DNA of 64,000 bases. Source: the human T2T-CHM13v2.0 reference genome, Homo sapiens. Below are positions 13,700-30,170 of the stretch, one piece after another. The position numbers and the translations under genes were made by a program. A model generated the notes under the pieces. That model searched no databases. It was not told the DNA's origin and worked only from the letters and a program-made list of their open reading frames with translations. The DNA lies in assembly GCF_009914755.1 (NCBI RefSeq), contig NC_060942.1. The stretch is one strand, 5' to 3'. The first letter of the stretch is position 1. The number at the start of each line of letters is the position of its first letter.

Positions 13700-15530
13700 T
13701 ATCAAGGGATCCTGAATAGCCAAAATAATCTTGAAAAAGAACAAAAGTTTGAGGTCTCACACTTCCTGATTTTAAAACTTACTGCAAAGTTACAGTAATC
13801 AAACAGTGTGGTAGTGGCATAAAGACAGTCATATAGACCAGTGGAATAGAACAGAGAGCCCAGAAATAAACTATCATATATATAGTCAAATAATTTTCAA
13901 CAGGGGTGCCAAAACTGTTCAATAAGGAAGGGACAGTCTTTTCAACAAATAGTGCTGGGAAAACTGAATATCCACTGCAAAAGAGTGAAGTTGGACCTTG
14001 ATTTATATCATCTGCAAAATTTCACTCAAAATGGACCAAAGACCTAAATGTAACAACAAAAACTATAACATTCTTAGAAGAAAACATGGGAGAAAAATCT
14101 TCATGACATTGACCTTGGCAATTTTTTAGATATGACACCTAAAGCATAGACAACAAAAGAAAAAATAGATTAATTGGTTTCATAAAAATTAAAACTTTTG
14201 GGCATCAGTGGACACTATCAACAGAGTAAAAAGACAACTCATCGAATGGGAGAAAAATATTTGTAAATCATATATCTGAAAAGGGGTTAATACCCAGAAT
14301 ATGTAACAGAGGTCTACAATTCAACAATAAAAAGATAAACAACTTAATTTAAAAATGGATGAAGGATTTGAATGGTTATTCTCCAAAGAAGATATGCAAA
14401 TTACCAATAAGCACATGAAGAGATTCTCAACATCACTAATCATTAGGGATCATTTCCCACCCATTAGGATGGCTATTGTTTTTTAAAAAACAGAAAATAG
14501 CGAGTGTTGGTCAGGATCTGGAGAAATTAGAACTCGTGTGCATTGCTGGTAGGAATGTAAAATGGTACAACCACTGTAGAAAACAGTATGGTGGTTACTC
14601 AAAATTACATATAATACCCAGCAAATCTGTGTGTATATGCCCAAAAGAATTGAAAACAGGGACTTGAACAAATATTTGTACGCCCATGTTCATAGCAGCA
14701 TTAATCACAATAGCTAAAAGGTGGAAATAGTCCAATGTCTATCAACAGAATGGACCAATAAGTTGTGTTATACCCATACAATGGGATGCTATTCAGCCTT
14801 AAAAAGGAAGGAAATTCTGACACGTGCCATAGCATGGATTAAATCTGAAGATATTATGCTAAGTGAAATGAGCTAGATGCAAAAGGACAAATATTGTATG
14901 ATTCCACTTGTACAGTTGGGTATCCCTAACACAGAAATCCAAAATCTGAAATCCTCCAAAATCCAAAACTTTTTGAATACTGACACAATGCCATGAATGG
15001 AAAATTATACCACCTGACCTCATGTGACAGGTCACAGATGAAATGCTGTAAAACTTTGCTTCCAGCACAGTATTTTCAGAAATGTTGGATAAAATTATCT
15101 TTGGGCTACATGTATAAGGTACATATGAAACAAATGAATTTCATGGATAGACTTGGCTTCCATCCCCAAAATATCTCAGTAGGCCTATGCAAGCATTCCA
15201 AAATCTGGAGAAAAAAAAAATCCCAAATCCAAAACACTTCTGGTCCCAAGCATTCTGGACTAGACTCACCCTGTATAAGATTCCTGGATTAGCCAAATTT
15301 ACAGAGACAGAAAGTAGAATAGAGTTTACCAGGATCTCAGGGGTGGGGAACAATGGAGAGTTAGTGTTTAATGGGCACAGTTTCAGGGTGGCAAGATGAG
15401 AAAGTTTTAGAGATTGATGGTGGTGACGGTTGCACAACAATGTGAATGTACTTAATGCCACTAAACTGTCCATTTAAAAATGGTGAAGGTGGCAAATTTT
15501 ATGTTATGCATATTTTACCACAATTTTTTT
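13700..15530 (+). mobile_element. L1M (L1MB-like) 3' fragment: degraded ORF2 end and 3' UTR, interrupted by a Tigger4-type element
   Basis: Typical L1 ORF2 tracts (gaatagccaaaataatcttgaaaaagaacaaa; ccagtggaatagaacagagagcccagaaataaa) and an L1MB-type 3' end. Confidence 0.88.
14913..15273. mobile_element. Tigger4/MER46 (Zombi)-type TcMar MITE nested in L1
   Basis: Ends CAG...CTG flanked by TA duplication (14911-14912, 15274-15275). Internal aaatccaaaatctgaaat repeats and cacttctggtcccaagcatt. Confidence 0.8.
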
Positions 15531-16129
15531 TTAAAAGAAGCAGGATAACAGAGTCAGGGAGGCCCCTTCCTCTGTGCTAATGGTCCCCTGTCTGGAACAC
15601 AGGGTTCTAGACTAGTAGGTACCTTCTTGGGAAGGGACCACAAAAAGAGAGGTCAAGGATCCTGGGGTTGTGTTCCTGAGAGGACGGAACCCTGTCTTCT
15701 GGCAGCTGAAGGGCTGATGCCTAGATAGACACTGTGTTGTGTCGGAAACACTGGAACAGACAAGCAGAAGCCTCAGGGAGACTAGGGGGTTTAATTCCAG
15801 GAAGGCTTGACTCAAACCAAAGCTGGAGAAGCAACTGATGGGGGTTATGTAGAAGGGGTTCTTGTGACAGCAGGAGGTTGTCCCAACTAACCCCCACAAT
15901 CCCCACAATCACAGGCTCTGACCTCTTAGGTGCCAGACTAATTGCCCTTGGTCATGTCCTACGCAAGGGGCAGGCAGAAAGCAATTGAACTGAGAATAAG
16001 GAGACCCACAGTCTAGTCCTAGCTCCATCAGCTATTGGCCATTTGACCTTGGATGGATCCCCACATCCCTGGGCCTCTGTGCACCCATCTCTGTAATCAA
16101 CACCCTGCCTCCCCTTCCTCTCAGATCAA

Positions 16130-16440
16130 GGCTGGTATTGTTTACCAGGGTACAGTCTGCATACCACTGGTGGGACATAAGATGCTAGCAATGCTATATG
16201 AGATTTATCTAATGTTGTGAATTTATGTTAATATCTACTAGTGTATGCCTGACATTTATAGCAAATGATAACAGTTTTTTATGATAGTAATATCAACTTT
16301 CTTATTAAAATAAATTTATAAGTTAATGTAAGTTGTAAAAAGTGAGTTAAAGAAGTAGTAGTAATTAATAATGCAAGCAGTACTTGAATCAGGCAAAACT
16401 CTTGAAGATGAAATGTGAGTTACTGAAGTTTGAGAGCCCC
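16130..16440. mobile_element. Old hAT-type MITE (MER112-like)
   Basis: cataccactggtgg...tgagttactgaagtttgaga resembles the recalled consensus; highly diverged. Confidence 0.4.
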
Positions 16441-17418
16441 CTAGATGGATTGAGGGAGCACAAACAACCTGCCTCTTCAGACCCCAGCAATAGATCCCCG
16501 AGTCCTGGAGATCAGACCCAGAAAACCAAAAGCCACAGCCATTTGGTTGGTCCTGCTTGATGTCTTGAAGATGCCAAATGTAGCGATTTCCACCAACAAA
16601 TTGAGAAGGACTAAGAAATTGAACTTGGTTCTAGGATCTTCTATCCACAAAACTGTGAGGCTGATCAGCTTCTGCCTCCTTCCCTTGAAACCTCCTGTCT
16701 GTCTTTCATCATCTCTACCTTCTACCCAGTGGACCCCATTAAGGAAGAGGGCAGTCCTAAAGATGCCATTCCCTTTAAGGGGTTAGAGGTTGGGTACTTC
16801 CCCAGGAAGTGCATTTAAAGAAGAGCCTAGAGACGAAACAGTCATCTCCAGCGAATGTCAGGCACCGTACTGTGCAACAGTCCTGGTGCCCCCCAGCTCA
16901 CCTTCTGTGCCTACAGGTAGGGCAGGCTCCCTCACACCTGTGTCTTGACGCATGAAATGCAAGATTCCCATTAGAGGAACACCTGGAAACCTGATCAAGG
17001 TCCAGTTCCCTCCACTCGACGAGGATCTGCCAATCACCTCCGTCAAAGGGTCAGTTGGTCAGCCTAGAACACCTCCCTTCCCTGAAGAGCAGGAATGAGA
17101 GAAGGTTCCAGTGATTGCCAGCCAGAACTTTGGGAACTGGCCCTTGAGGGTGGGGAGAGAGGAACAGGCTCCCTAACAGTCTGTCCCACTTTGGGGGCTG
17201 GTGGTATAAGTTCACTGAACATGCCCCCCTTTACTCTCTCCTGTTACTGTCCATATTGCATGTTTTGAAATATTTTACCTACCAAACTTCATGGATGAAA
17301 TAATAGACCCCATTTTTATCATCGAAGTAGCAGCCAAATACCAAGTTGACGTAATTTCAGGTGAAAAGCAAAGAAATTTAACTTTTTCTTTACCAATGCA
17401 GTCATTGGAATATTTGAA

Positions 17419-17806
<388 letters not shown>

Positions 17807-18157
17807 CTAATGCCCTCTAGCCTGTGAAGGAGCTGGGGGCCCAGGAAGCCTCATACAAAGACTAGGTCAGGGGGTGTCTACCCTGAGGATTCTTGTGGAA
17901 CCCTGAAGAACCACTGAGTTACATGAATTGTTTCTCATGATGACTTTTCAGAGGCTCTTCTCCTGACAGTGGAACCCTGGATTTTTGAGTGACCAAAGCA
18001 GGTCAGATGAGCTGAAAAGTGGCAAGTTTGACAGTGTGCTAACGATTGATCATAGTAGAGGTTGGATAAAGAATTAAAGATGCTTAATGTTTGTGGAAGA
18101 ACCTATGAAATTCACCCCAGTTGAAAAAACAGGTGAAGGGCCCAGGCAAAAAATTCT

Positions 18158-18199
18158 TTCTCTCTCTCTCTCATACTCACACACAAACACACACACACA

Positions 18200-18201
<2 letters not shown>
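18158..18201. repeat. (CT)n/(CA)n microsatellite
   Basis: tctctctctctctc...acacacacacacac. Confidence 0.8.
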
Positions 18202-19222
<1,021 letters not shown>

Positions 19223-20170
19223 AATCAATGAAGTTGTAAGTTATGATGATAGGAATCACAGAGGAACAAGTCAAGTGTCAAGTTTAGCTGGGAGGTAGAA
19301 AATTGGAGATACAGAAATTGAGAGCTAAAGCCCATCAAGACAATGGATAAAGGGTGGAGCTTGGAGTACACGCTGGAAGGCAGACTCCAACAAGTGTGTT
19401 AGCCTTCTGTTGTTCAACTGAGTGATTGTAGGAAGCCACTTCTCATCTCCTGGCTCCAAAGTCCCTTCCCCTCTCATGGTCCATGACTCTATGAGAGCAG
19501 GGTATTCTGGTGATGGTGCCGGCAATGTAATGCCCCCCTTTTTGGAAAAGCAAATATGTTCTGTGATGGGATGAGATGAGGCCAGAACTTTGGGGGACAA
19601 ATGTATCTGCCTCCCATTATTCCCGTAAAATTAAAATGATCGAATTTAAGGCCTTTGCCCAGAGATGTCACTTGAAATAAGTTGTTTTACTCCTCATAAA
19701 ATCAGGAGGAGTCAGAGGGCAGCATGATGAGCTCTGGCTGCTGCAAGCTCTGATTCCTACCCACTATGCCTTGGCTGTAACTCACCTGCCTTGGGCATCG
19801 TAAGAAAAGAAAAAGGATAGGAAAATGGGGAAGGCTGCCTTGATCTCAAAGGGGACTTCCGATAGATACCCCATCAACAAGAATCATTGAGAACACAGGA
19901 TTTGCTCAGGGCTGTGCCTATCCTTCCATCATGCCTCCAATCCCTCTTGTATTTCCCACCTCCTTGAACCCCTAGAGCATAAAAAGTTGCCCATAGGAAG
20001 ACCCCAGGAAGATATGGGGCTTCCCCTTGGCCCTAACCAACAGGAAGGCCCTGGAGGCATGCCAAGATGAGGTAGGTGAGACTGCCCAGAGCAAGACAGG
20101 CACGATTCTTTCCTGGGTGAGCCCAGCCCAGCTAGGGAGGGATGGCAGGCAGGCCAGCCTAGGCACTGAC

Positions 20171-20355
20171 CTCTGGGCATGTCCATGGGGTTGAAGCTGG
20201 CCAGCAGGTCACGGCACCACTGGCGGTCACCTTCCACCTTGCTCAGCCAGTTGTTGCAGTTGAAGTAGTAACGGAGATGAGGCCTCTTCATGTCGGTCAC
20301 AATCACATGGTCCAGGTACCAGCTGGCATTCAAGCCCGTGTTGTCATGCTCAATC
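20171..20355 (-). CDS. LOXHD1: LOXHD1 coding exon 4 (185 nt): [61 protein letters not shown](G)
   Basis: Acceptor cttctgcctcag|G and donor AG|gtcagt. PLAT C-terminal half (HDN-x-G, W-x-L-x-x-V-x-V, F-x-C-x-x-WL). Ends in phase 1. Confidence 0.96.
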
Positions 20356-21001
20356 CTGAGGCAGAAGCCAAGGCCCACACCATCACTGGCAGAACTGAAA
20401 CAGCACCCCTTCCATACTGGAATACCCAGATGTTTACTCCAAAGAGAGGTCCAATTATTCTGTTGTTGTTGTTACTTTATCTCCTGAACCTCGGTTTCCT
20501 CATCTATAAAATGGGGATACCTTGCAAGCTGGATGTGCACATTACTGAATGTTACACTGTTATATTGCATGCAAGGAAATATTAACTATCGCCTTTCACA
20601 GAAAATCCAAGATCCCTAGGGCTTGCCGTGGGATCATCTTGATCTTCCCCTTTGAGGTCCTGGCTATTCAGGTCTGTTTCCTTACCCTGGCCTTTGAAAG
20701 CAGTGAGCCTCTCCCACTCTGGCTCAAGCACGGATACACACAACACTTCTTGATATCCAGCTGAGTCAAGGTCAAACAGGACAGTAAAGGGAAAAGATGA
20801 CAAGGGAATCCCCAGGAAGCAGAAGCCAACTAGACCACCTGATTTACAGGACACAGCTTATACCCTGGGGCTCAACCGCCTCTCCCATTGCTGTGAGATG
20901 ATTAAGTGTGTCCCTCTCTTCATCATGACTCCTGGACCTGGACAACAAGCAGATACTCCCCTTAGTCCTACAATCCAGAGGACCCCTATGGCCATCTAGA
21001 C

Positions 21002-21321
21002 CAGGGTGGTCCCATAGACATAACATGAGTCACACATGTGAGCCACAGATGCAATTTAAAAGTTTCCTAATAGCCACATGTAAAAAGATCCAAAGAAACT
21101 GGTAGAATTTTAATAATATGTTTCATTTAATTCCATTTACCATCTCAACATATAATTATGTAAAAATGTATTAATGAGCTATTTTTTCATTCTTTTTCTT
21201 GTACTAAGGCTTCAAAAATCTGCAGTGTATTTTATATAGGTAGCACGCCTCAATTTGGATTAGCCACATTTCAAGTGTAATAGCCACATATGGTCAGGGG
21301 CTACTGCACTGGGCAGTATAG
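21002..21321. mobile_element. MER33/MER3-type hAT MITE
   Basis: gagccaca...aatttaaaagtttcctaatagccaca...tagccacatttcaagtg...tagccacatatgg. Preceded by tctaga. Confidence 0.7.
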
Positions 21322-22049
21322 ATTCAGACTCTTCAAAATCTGTCCCTAAAATCTTCTAACACTTCCCATAGCCCCCTCTATCTCCTCTCCAACGTCCAGT
21401 TTCTTGACCCCTGGACCTCACTTTGCATCAAACATCTTACCCCTGTGAGGCTTTATCCTTGCAGTTGTTAACAGGACAACCACAGCTCAATACAGCACAC
21501 AACCCCAACAGACAGATGAAACCCATGATACACCAGGCCCTTCCCTTGGAAGGATGTATGCCTCTGTCTGGCACAAAGTCTGGCACATAGTAGGACCTCA
21601 GCTAGAGGTCGCCTTTACTCACACAATGACACCCCTTCCCAATCTCCCCTGCAAGAGCCCTTTCCCTGCTCGTAACCTCCTTCCCTACACTTAATCAATA
21701 CCCAGGATATTCATGTGCCCCTTATTTCCCCAGCAAAGAGAGTTCGTGATATTGTATTTTCTAGCAGAAGGGATAAAAAATCAGGACTAAACTGAGGCTG
21801 CATTTGACCCCTGTCCAGCCTTAGTCTGGGTGCAATCAGACCACAAATGAACATCTGACAATGGGCATGAACTTGAATAGGGGTGGATGGCAGGGACTAG
21901 GAAGGGAAAAGGGAGGCAATTGAAGGCTCTTCCTCTGCCATTGGACTAGTAATCTCTCCTTATACCTTCACAAGAAGCCCCCAGAGAGGGCAAGACTGCG
22001 GATGCTCTCTGTCCAAAGACATGCTGCAACAGGACTTGGTATCTCTACC

Positions 22050-22265
22050 ACTTGCTGAGTGTTTACTGTGTGCCAGTTACTGTTCCAAGCACTAACTCAT
22101 TGAGTCCTAGGGTTATCACCGATGAGGCACCATTTTTACAGATGAGGAAACTGAGGTTTGGAGAGATAACCTGTCCAAAGTGGCACAGCTAGTAAATAAC
22201 AGAACGGACACTTGAACCCAGGCACTCTGGACTCAGAGTCTCTGCCCCTAACCACTATGCTATAA
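22050..22265 (-). mobile_element. MIR SINE
   Basis: cattttacagatgaggaaactgagg core. Other MIRs lie at about 2540-2680, 5510-5690, 9300-9490 and 35480-35680. Confidence 0.75.
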
Positions 22266-22509
22266 TGTCTCTCACAGCATATTCTCAAGTTTGTAAAAAT
22301 TTGTCTTGAAATGTCTTAACCCAAAAAAAATGAATCTCCAGTGGGGAAGTTTAGGGCACTGTGATTCAGGATGACAGGGAAAGATTTGGGCCTTTGGTAG
22401 CCCCTCAAATAACATCTGGGAAGTAATTCATACCCAGAAATTGTCAATATTGAAGTCAATCCCTCACTTTCATCTCCACCCTCAATCCTAGTCAGGCGCC
22501 AGCTTCTCA

Positions 22510-22620
<111 letters not shown>

Positions 22621-24991
22621 TCAGCTGTTGGCTCACAGGCCTGGGAGGAGAGCCAAGGGCTGGCATTCCGCTTCTTCCTCCATCATCCCACTCCTGGGGA
22701 GAGCTATGAGCAACAAGATCCCATTCCAAGATTCCCTTCTGACATGGTTCCCAGGGGAGGGCAGGGACTGCTAGTATCATTCCGTGCCCTCACACCCAGG
22801 TTCTCATTTGATCCTTGCTGTGAGTCACTAAAACAAGCACACAGACAATATCAGCCCCATTTTACAAACTGCTAGTTGGTAGCAGAGCTGGGACCAGAAC
22901 CTGGCTCTCCCAGTCATGACCCCATGCCCTTTGGCTGCTCTGGGTTGGGTGGATGGAGGAGGAAGGAAGGAATAAACACCTTAGGACTCTTTGGCCTTCT
23001 TGCCACTCCCCATCACTGGCCTTGCTTTTGCTGGGAAAAGTTGCAATGGCAGCCCCAAGTAGATGCAGACCTTGGGTGGCAGTCCATGGTCCTGCCATTC
23101 CAACAAGAAAGAAAACACTCAACCCCAAACCAACAGCCAGGGAAGTAGGGCAGTGAGGGAAGTGCATCTCTGGCATCCTGCAAATGGTGTGAACAGAAGA
23201 AAGTACACCTGAGACATCAGCCGTGAGGCAGCCAGGCAAGTCCAGATTCAGGAGCATCCTAAGTACAGTGAGCATAGACACAGGAGGGCTGCAGCAGCCT
23301 CGCCACAGAATCCTCTGGGAGCAGAAGTTTGAAGCTCATGTCAACAGCTGTTCCATCCTGTGTGCAGGGCCGGGGCCCCTGCCATTTGAGCCCCGGCCTG
23401 CCAGCAGCTCTTGCTGTCCCCAGTTTATCCCACTGGGCTGAGAGCTGCAGGCCTCACTCAGCGCTCTCAGCCAGGACTCTCAGGAACAGCACACAGCTCA
23501 TGGGAAAGGAAAATCATAGAAGATGTGTGCCATCACAGAAGATTTATCCACCATCGACGTCTTTTAAAATAAAGCGGAAGGGGAAGGGCCTTCTCCCCAA
23601 GGCATCAGGCTCAGACTCTCTTGGTAATAGACGGCTTTTAAGGTTCTACAGAACCCAGGAGCTGTGATTCTGTGAACGGACTCATGGTGTCAAACAATCT
23701 GCCCTAGGAAGAAGTTTCCTTAACTCCAGACAAAAATGTACATGGAGGCAGCCTTGTCAGGGAAAAGAGACCCCCACAGGATGCAGCCTGGGTGCAAAGG
23801 ATGAGGAGGAGAGAGGCACAGAACCTTCTGAGTTTGCTGGAGTGAAAGGGGTGACACCCAGGCTTGCTGCAGGTACCTTAGGAAGGGAGGGAGGAAGCAG
23901 GGCAAAGTGCCCAGAGTTTCTACTCCACCATTGGCAAAATAAAGACAGAGAATGTCGACTGTTAGCTCCTGATGAAGAGCAAGGAAAATACAAAGTTTTC
24001 TCCACGAAGCACCAGTAAATCCTCCTGCCCAGGAAAATAACTTACCAGACCAAGCACTTAAAGGGAACTAAATCAAACTAGCAATCGTGAGGGTCTGCCT
24101 GATGTGGGAATTTCACTTTCAAAGGAGAATAACAACACACCCCATGCTTTCGTTCAGAGTCACAGCAGCTGTCAATAACTTGGAGAATGTGTGGACATTG
24201 TTTCTGCACATCAGGATTATATAAATGGGAAACAAAAAAAAAGGAATAAGAGGGCTTTTCTCTTCCAATATATAAGACAAGGCAAGTGATCTTTAGAATA
24301 AATAGACAAAGCCTCTCCATCAAATAAACACCCTAAGAAACAGTCACCCTGGGAAGCTATATAATGAAATACTTTGCAACCATTAAAAATCCTATTGTAA
24401 AAAAAAATACTTAATGAAACAGAAATAGGTTTATAATATAGGCTTAAAAGAAAAGGTAGGTTAAGACCAGAATGTACAAACAGAATAATCAATACAAACA
24501 GGATACCATCTTCATTTAAAAACAATGGAGTGAGAAGATTTACTTTTAAAAAATCATGTCTAGATGTTGAGGCCATTATGAAGTGTTGGCTCCTTGTTCT
24601 TGTCTATATACATTTTTAACTTTCCAAAAGGAACACATATTGTTTCTGTAATTATGAAAAAAGCACAATCCCATGTTTCAGCAACTCCCCCATCCCCAGC
24701 CCAGCCTGCAGGCTGCCTGGATCAAATTCTTTGGAAGCTGTTTGGGAATTACTGGGCTTCATCTTCTGATGGTGCCTGAAATTTTAGAAACAGCCATTGC
24801 CAGCAAGTAGGGGAAAAGGAAGGGAAGTATCCCCATTTTTAGCCAAAGACAAGGTGTGACTTGGAAGGAAAGCAGCTGGCTTTCTGGGGTGCTTCTGATG
24901 AAAGTTCCAGAAAAGAAGCTCCAACAGTTGCATTCAGTAAAGGAAAGCTCCAGAAAGGCCCTGCACCCATGACGGTATCATTTAAGAATGT

Positions 24992-25295
24992 GGCAGATGT
25001 GATGGCTTATGCCTATAATCACAGTGCCTCGAGAGGCCAAGGCAGGAGAATCATTTGAGGCTGGGAATTGAAGACCAGCCTGGCCAACATAGCAAGAGAT
25101 AGCTCTACAAAAAAATTTAAAAATTGGCTGGGCCTGGTGGTGTGCACCTGTAGTCTCAGTTACTCAGGAGGCTGAGGCGGGAGAATCACTTGAGCCCAGG
25201 AATTTGAGGTTGCAGTGAGTGAGCCTTGATCTTGACACTGCACTCCAGCCTGGGTGACAGAGTGAGACCCTGTCTCTAAAAAAGAAAAAAAAAAA
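24992..25295 (+). mobile_element. AluJ
   Basis: Diverged Alu with J-type cttgagcccagga...tgagg and gagaccctgtctc. Flanked by aatgtg on both sides. Confidence 0.9.
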
Positions 25296-28200
25296 TGTGA
25301 GTTATCTCCATTACCTTCCAGTGACCAGGCTGAACGTGAATACATACGTTCCAAAGCATTTGTGAAACAATCCACCATGGCATGGCGCTTTATAGTCACT
25401 TGCTGGGGGGTGGGGAGGAGCGTATGTGGAAGCAGGGACACCAGGGAGAAGATCCACCAGGATGGACAGAGCAAGAGCAGAGGGAGTGCTCCACGCTGTC
25501 TCAGGACTACACTGGAATATTTCTGGGTTCCGCAGTGCTTATGAGATGGACACCAATCTCTTTTTGGAAGACAAGGGGAAGGCTTTCCACATCACAAGAA
25601 GAGGAGGAAAGAGTGGCAGAGGCAGGGCTCTTCTGATTCCCTTCACTCAGGGTCAGGGCTGGGATCATCCCAAATAAGCCCCCAACTCAGGATTAGCTTC
25701 TGAAATCCTCACATCTGGATTGCAAATGCCTGTGGGTTTCAGAAAACTGGGGGTAGGAAAGAAATAGAAAGGAGAGAGGGTTTCGGGTCAAAGGAAATCT
25801 TAGAAATCTTCATGTTTCCTTGCAGAAGCCTGGAGCCTCACCAAGGCCACTGGTCGATTCTCACATAAAGGCTAAGGCAGTGCACAGCCCCTGCCATTCA
25901 GCAGGAACCCCCACACGGAGATCCTTTACAGGCTGCACGGGGCATTTTAGCCATCAGCCAGCAGAGCCATCGGGCTAAAATGCCAGGCATTCTCTGACAC
26001 ACTCAGATGGTGAATTTTCAACCAAATAACCATGTTCCAGACGATACATGAGATCCCATCCTTTTGCCATATTCTGAACACATGACTCAGAGCTGGAGGT
26101 GGCCCTGGTTAATGGGGAAGAGTGCGAGGAAACCCAGAAGATGGGGCCTTCTTCTGGCAGCCACTGCTGTGGGTGCTTAACTGGGGTGGGGTCGGGGTAG
26201 AGGTTCACTAATGGGGGAATCTAAGTCCACTGAGTACCAAGGAATGTAGGCACCAGACCACAAAGGCAAAGAAAATCAGCACTGGTACTGAAGTTCCTCT
26301 TGGAGAAGGAATTATTCTGTACTAGGAAAAAAAAAAATCCTAATACAGCATTTGGGAGTGAAAGTGAAGACCTGGGGCACAGAAGGAAAGGCACAAGAAT
26401 GACAAGAATTGAGGGGTGAGAAAGAAGAAAGAGAATGTGGGAGAAGCAGGAGGGAGAGGTGGGATGAGACATGACGAGAGATCACGGAGGACAGGTCAGG
26501 AGAAACACCATGAAAGAGGATGGCCGAGCTGTAAGACTGAGGCTCTAATATTCCTTTTTAAGTTGTTTGCATTGCTGCAGTGTGAACTCTCTCTGGGGCC
26601 AGGGGCTATCAGTGAAGTGTGTTACACACAAATATGCATGTGTGTGTGTATTATAGGTGAGCAAGGAAAATGCAGTTGGTTCTAGCTGCCCCTGGAGGTT
26701 TGGGTTTGGATAACACAGTGTGGAGGGGATGGGAGGGCAGCAGACAGTGAGGTGCGAGGAGACTGTGGGACCAGTGGATATTCTCAGCCAGATCCCAGGA
26801 TGGGGTGGGGCAGCCGATGGCCTGAGATAACTGCATCTAGACCTCACGGAGCAAGGGGACCTCAGCTGCCATATGTTCTGGGTTGCATGGGCAGCCTGGA
26901 ATTCCTCAGAAAGCAATGCCCCTCCCAGACCTGCAGTTTCCATCTTGAATAGAAAGGTCTTAGATAGCAAGGACCATGTCCTTCAATGCTCTTTGAAGGC
27001 CTTTTCTCAGTTCTTGTCACAGCCAGACTCTGGCCTCCTCCTTCCCCACTCGTCCTGCTCACTGTGCTCAGATGATCTCTGTTGATACGGTAAGTTGAAA
27101 CTCCACCGGTCAGCTTTCCAGCAAGGCCTTCTTCAGCCTGGCCTTCCAGACCTTTCTGACTTTCCCCCTCCCTGCCCATCAACATGGCCCCACATTCCCA
27201 GCTACAGGCCTCCTCTGCCCCCATCAGCCCGCAGCGCTCATTGCTGCCTCCAGACTTTGGCAATCTGTTCCCCTCAGTCTAAAGGACCCTCTTTCTTCCT
27301 CTCTCATCTGAGTTATTTTCACCACTTAAGACCCAGATTAAGTGTCTGTCCCTTTAAAGTCTCGCTCTAGCCACACTGATACCACTGGCCTTTGCCGAGC
27401 TCTGACTATATACACAGAACTGGGAGAGATGCTGGCAGCACAGAGCAGACCTTCCCCCAGGCCATCCTCCAGCTCCCTCCATCACTCCTCGAAGCCCCTC
27501 TCCAGCCCCACAGCTGGAACTCCGAACTGTGTCCCCATCACTGAGACCACCCATTCTGCTCTAGAGCACTCCTGACCAGCTGGATTGGGGCCCTGGCCAG
27601 ACCTATGCTCTTGCTGCCCAACCTGGAACATGGTCCATATATAGGCAGAGACTACCACCAGTCTCTGGGGCCAACCCCTGGGGTAATTGGGGAGGGTTGA
27701 TTCCCATCCTCAGGGCTGCCCAGGAGAAGCTGGCTGCCCCATGGGATCTCAGCAAAGCCAGGAGGTCCCAGCCCTGCCAGCTCATTCATGCCCTAGACCC
27801 CCTTCAGACCCCATGAGAGGGAAGGCTGGAACCCGAACTCCTGGGAATGGAGGCTCAGTGGAAATCCATGCCATGTTATAAAGGGTGGCTCAGGGGCCCT
27901 TCCTGAGAAGACCTTTTGACAAATGAAAAAGGGGAAGAATCTGAGGATGCTGAATGTGTGAAAGGAGGGAAGGCAGTTAGGACCACCATCAAAGGAGAAA
28001 AGGATTCATTTTGTTTTAAAAGGAAAAGCTGGGAACTTCAGAAACCAACCGGGCGACTCCCTAGTGTTTGAGGCTTCTCCCTACAGCAGTGCACTCTGGG
28101 AACACATGGCAAAGAGGATGGAGGTTTCATGTATTCTCTTTACCGTGCCCACATCATCGGACGGAAAGACTTCTGCAAGCGAGTCAAACTGCAGTGTAAG

Positions 28201-28529
28201 CGGTACAAGAAGGCAGGTACCCTGTTCTGTGGAAATGGATAAAATGGGACGTTATACCTGCCTCGATGCAGCAGCATGGACGCTATAGCCCATGTCACGT
28301 GGGGCCTGGCCAGCCCCCAAGGTACAGGGTGCAGGGATCTCCTGGCTTCTACAGCTTCCTCTGCCAGCCCTGGAAGTGGCAGGTCATTAACCCCAGGGTC
28401 ACAATCTGGAGCCCCAGGATGTCTTAAGGAGCATCTTCCTGGGACACACTCCCTTAAGGAGCACACTCCCTGGGACCATAGGGTCATGTGGTCAAGGGAA
28501 ATGTCTACATCAATAATGTGAGGTTTGAA

Positions 28530-28871
<342 letters not shown>

Positions 28872-29708
28872 TTAAGGACGAGCTTCACCATTGAAAAGCT
28901 CCATGACTCTGAGCTACTCATGCCTTTCCAGGCTTTGGTTTCCCCATGAGCAGATTAGAATAGAGCAGCAGTTTTCAAATGTTTCATGGACTCAGACCAG
29001 CTGATCAATTCTGTTCCATTCAGCACAGTTTGAAAACCAGCTGAACAGACCACTCCTGAGGCCCAAAACGTCTCTGAAATTCCAGTCGTCTGCTAACATG
29101 TTCTCAGGTTTTGCATGTATGTTGGTGTATGCGTGCATGCAGTGGGGGGAAAGGATCCGAAGGAGACAACGGTCCCAACTCTCACTAGTTATAATAAAAA
29201 AGAGCACACAAGGCATACACACGCACAAGCACACACACAAGCAATCCCTGCGGCTAGCTGAGTGTGCAATGGCTGGCAGGCAGGTTTAACACAACACTGG
29301 TCCCTGGTGAGACCTTGTATTTTATGCTCACAGCTCCCTCAGATGTATGGTCTTCCCGATATCTGTGTGATGATATATGAGGAAACCAAGGCCCCGAGTG
29401 CAGAGAGACTGGGCCAAAGTCACACGGAACTAAGGAACAGCTAATATGGGACAGCTAATATGGATTCTTGGGAATTCTGAGATCCATAGGAGGCATTACC
29501 GTCCAAAAGAATCAAGAGAGGAGCTGAGGGAGGTGCACCGGGGGATCCCCAGCTGGTACACGGTCTGTCATTAGCAGAGGCTTCATACCACTTAATAACC
29601 TGTGGTCAGATGTGCCTTCTCCCCAGAGAAGCAGGCCACCCTTGGGTCCCAGAACCTAATCAACAGGACTAATGGCCCAGGATCCCACCAAGGCCAAGTG
29701 GGTACTCA

Positions 29709-30170
<462 letters not shown>

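Noticed and set aside
13700-14900. Active L1 or intact reverse transcriptase gene
   Set aside because: It is 5'-truncated and heavily mutated, with no long ORF.
29437-29463. Short tandem duplications (ACAGCTAATATGG x2; others near 28420-28475, 60181-60203 and 62073-62097)
   Set aside because: Ordinary slippage micro-duplications with no sign of function.
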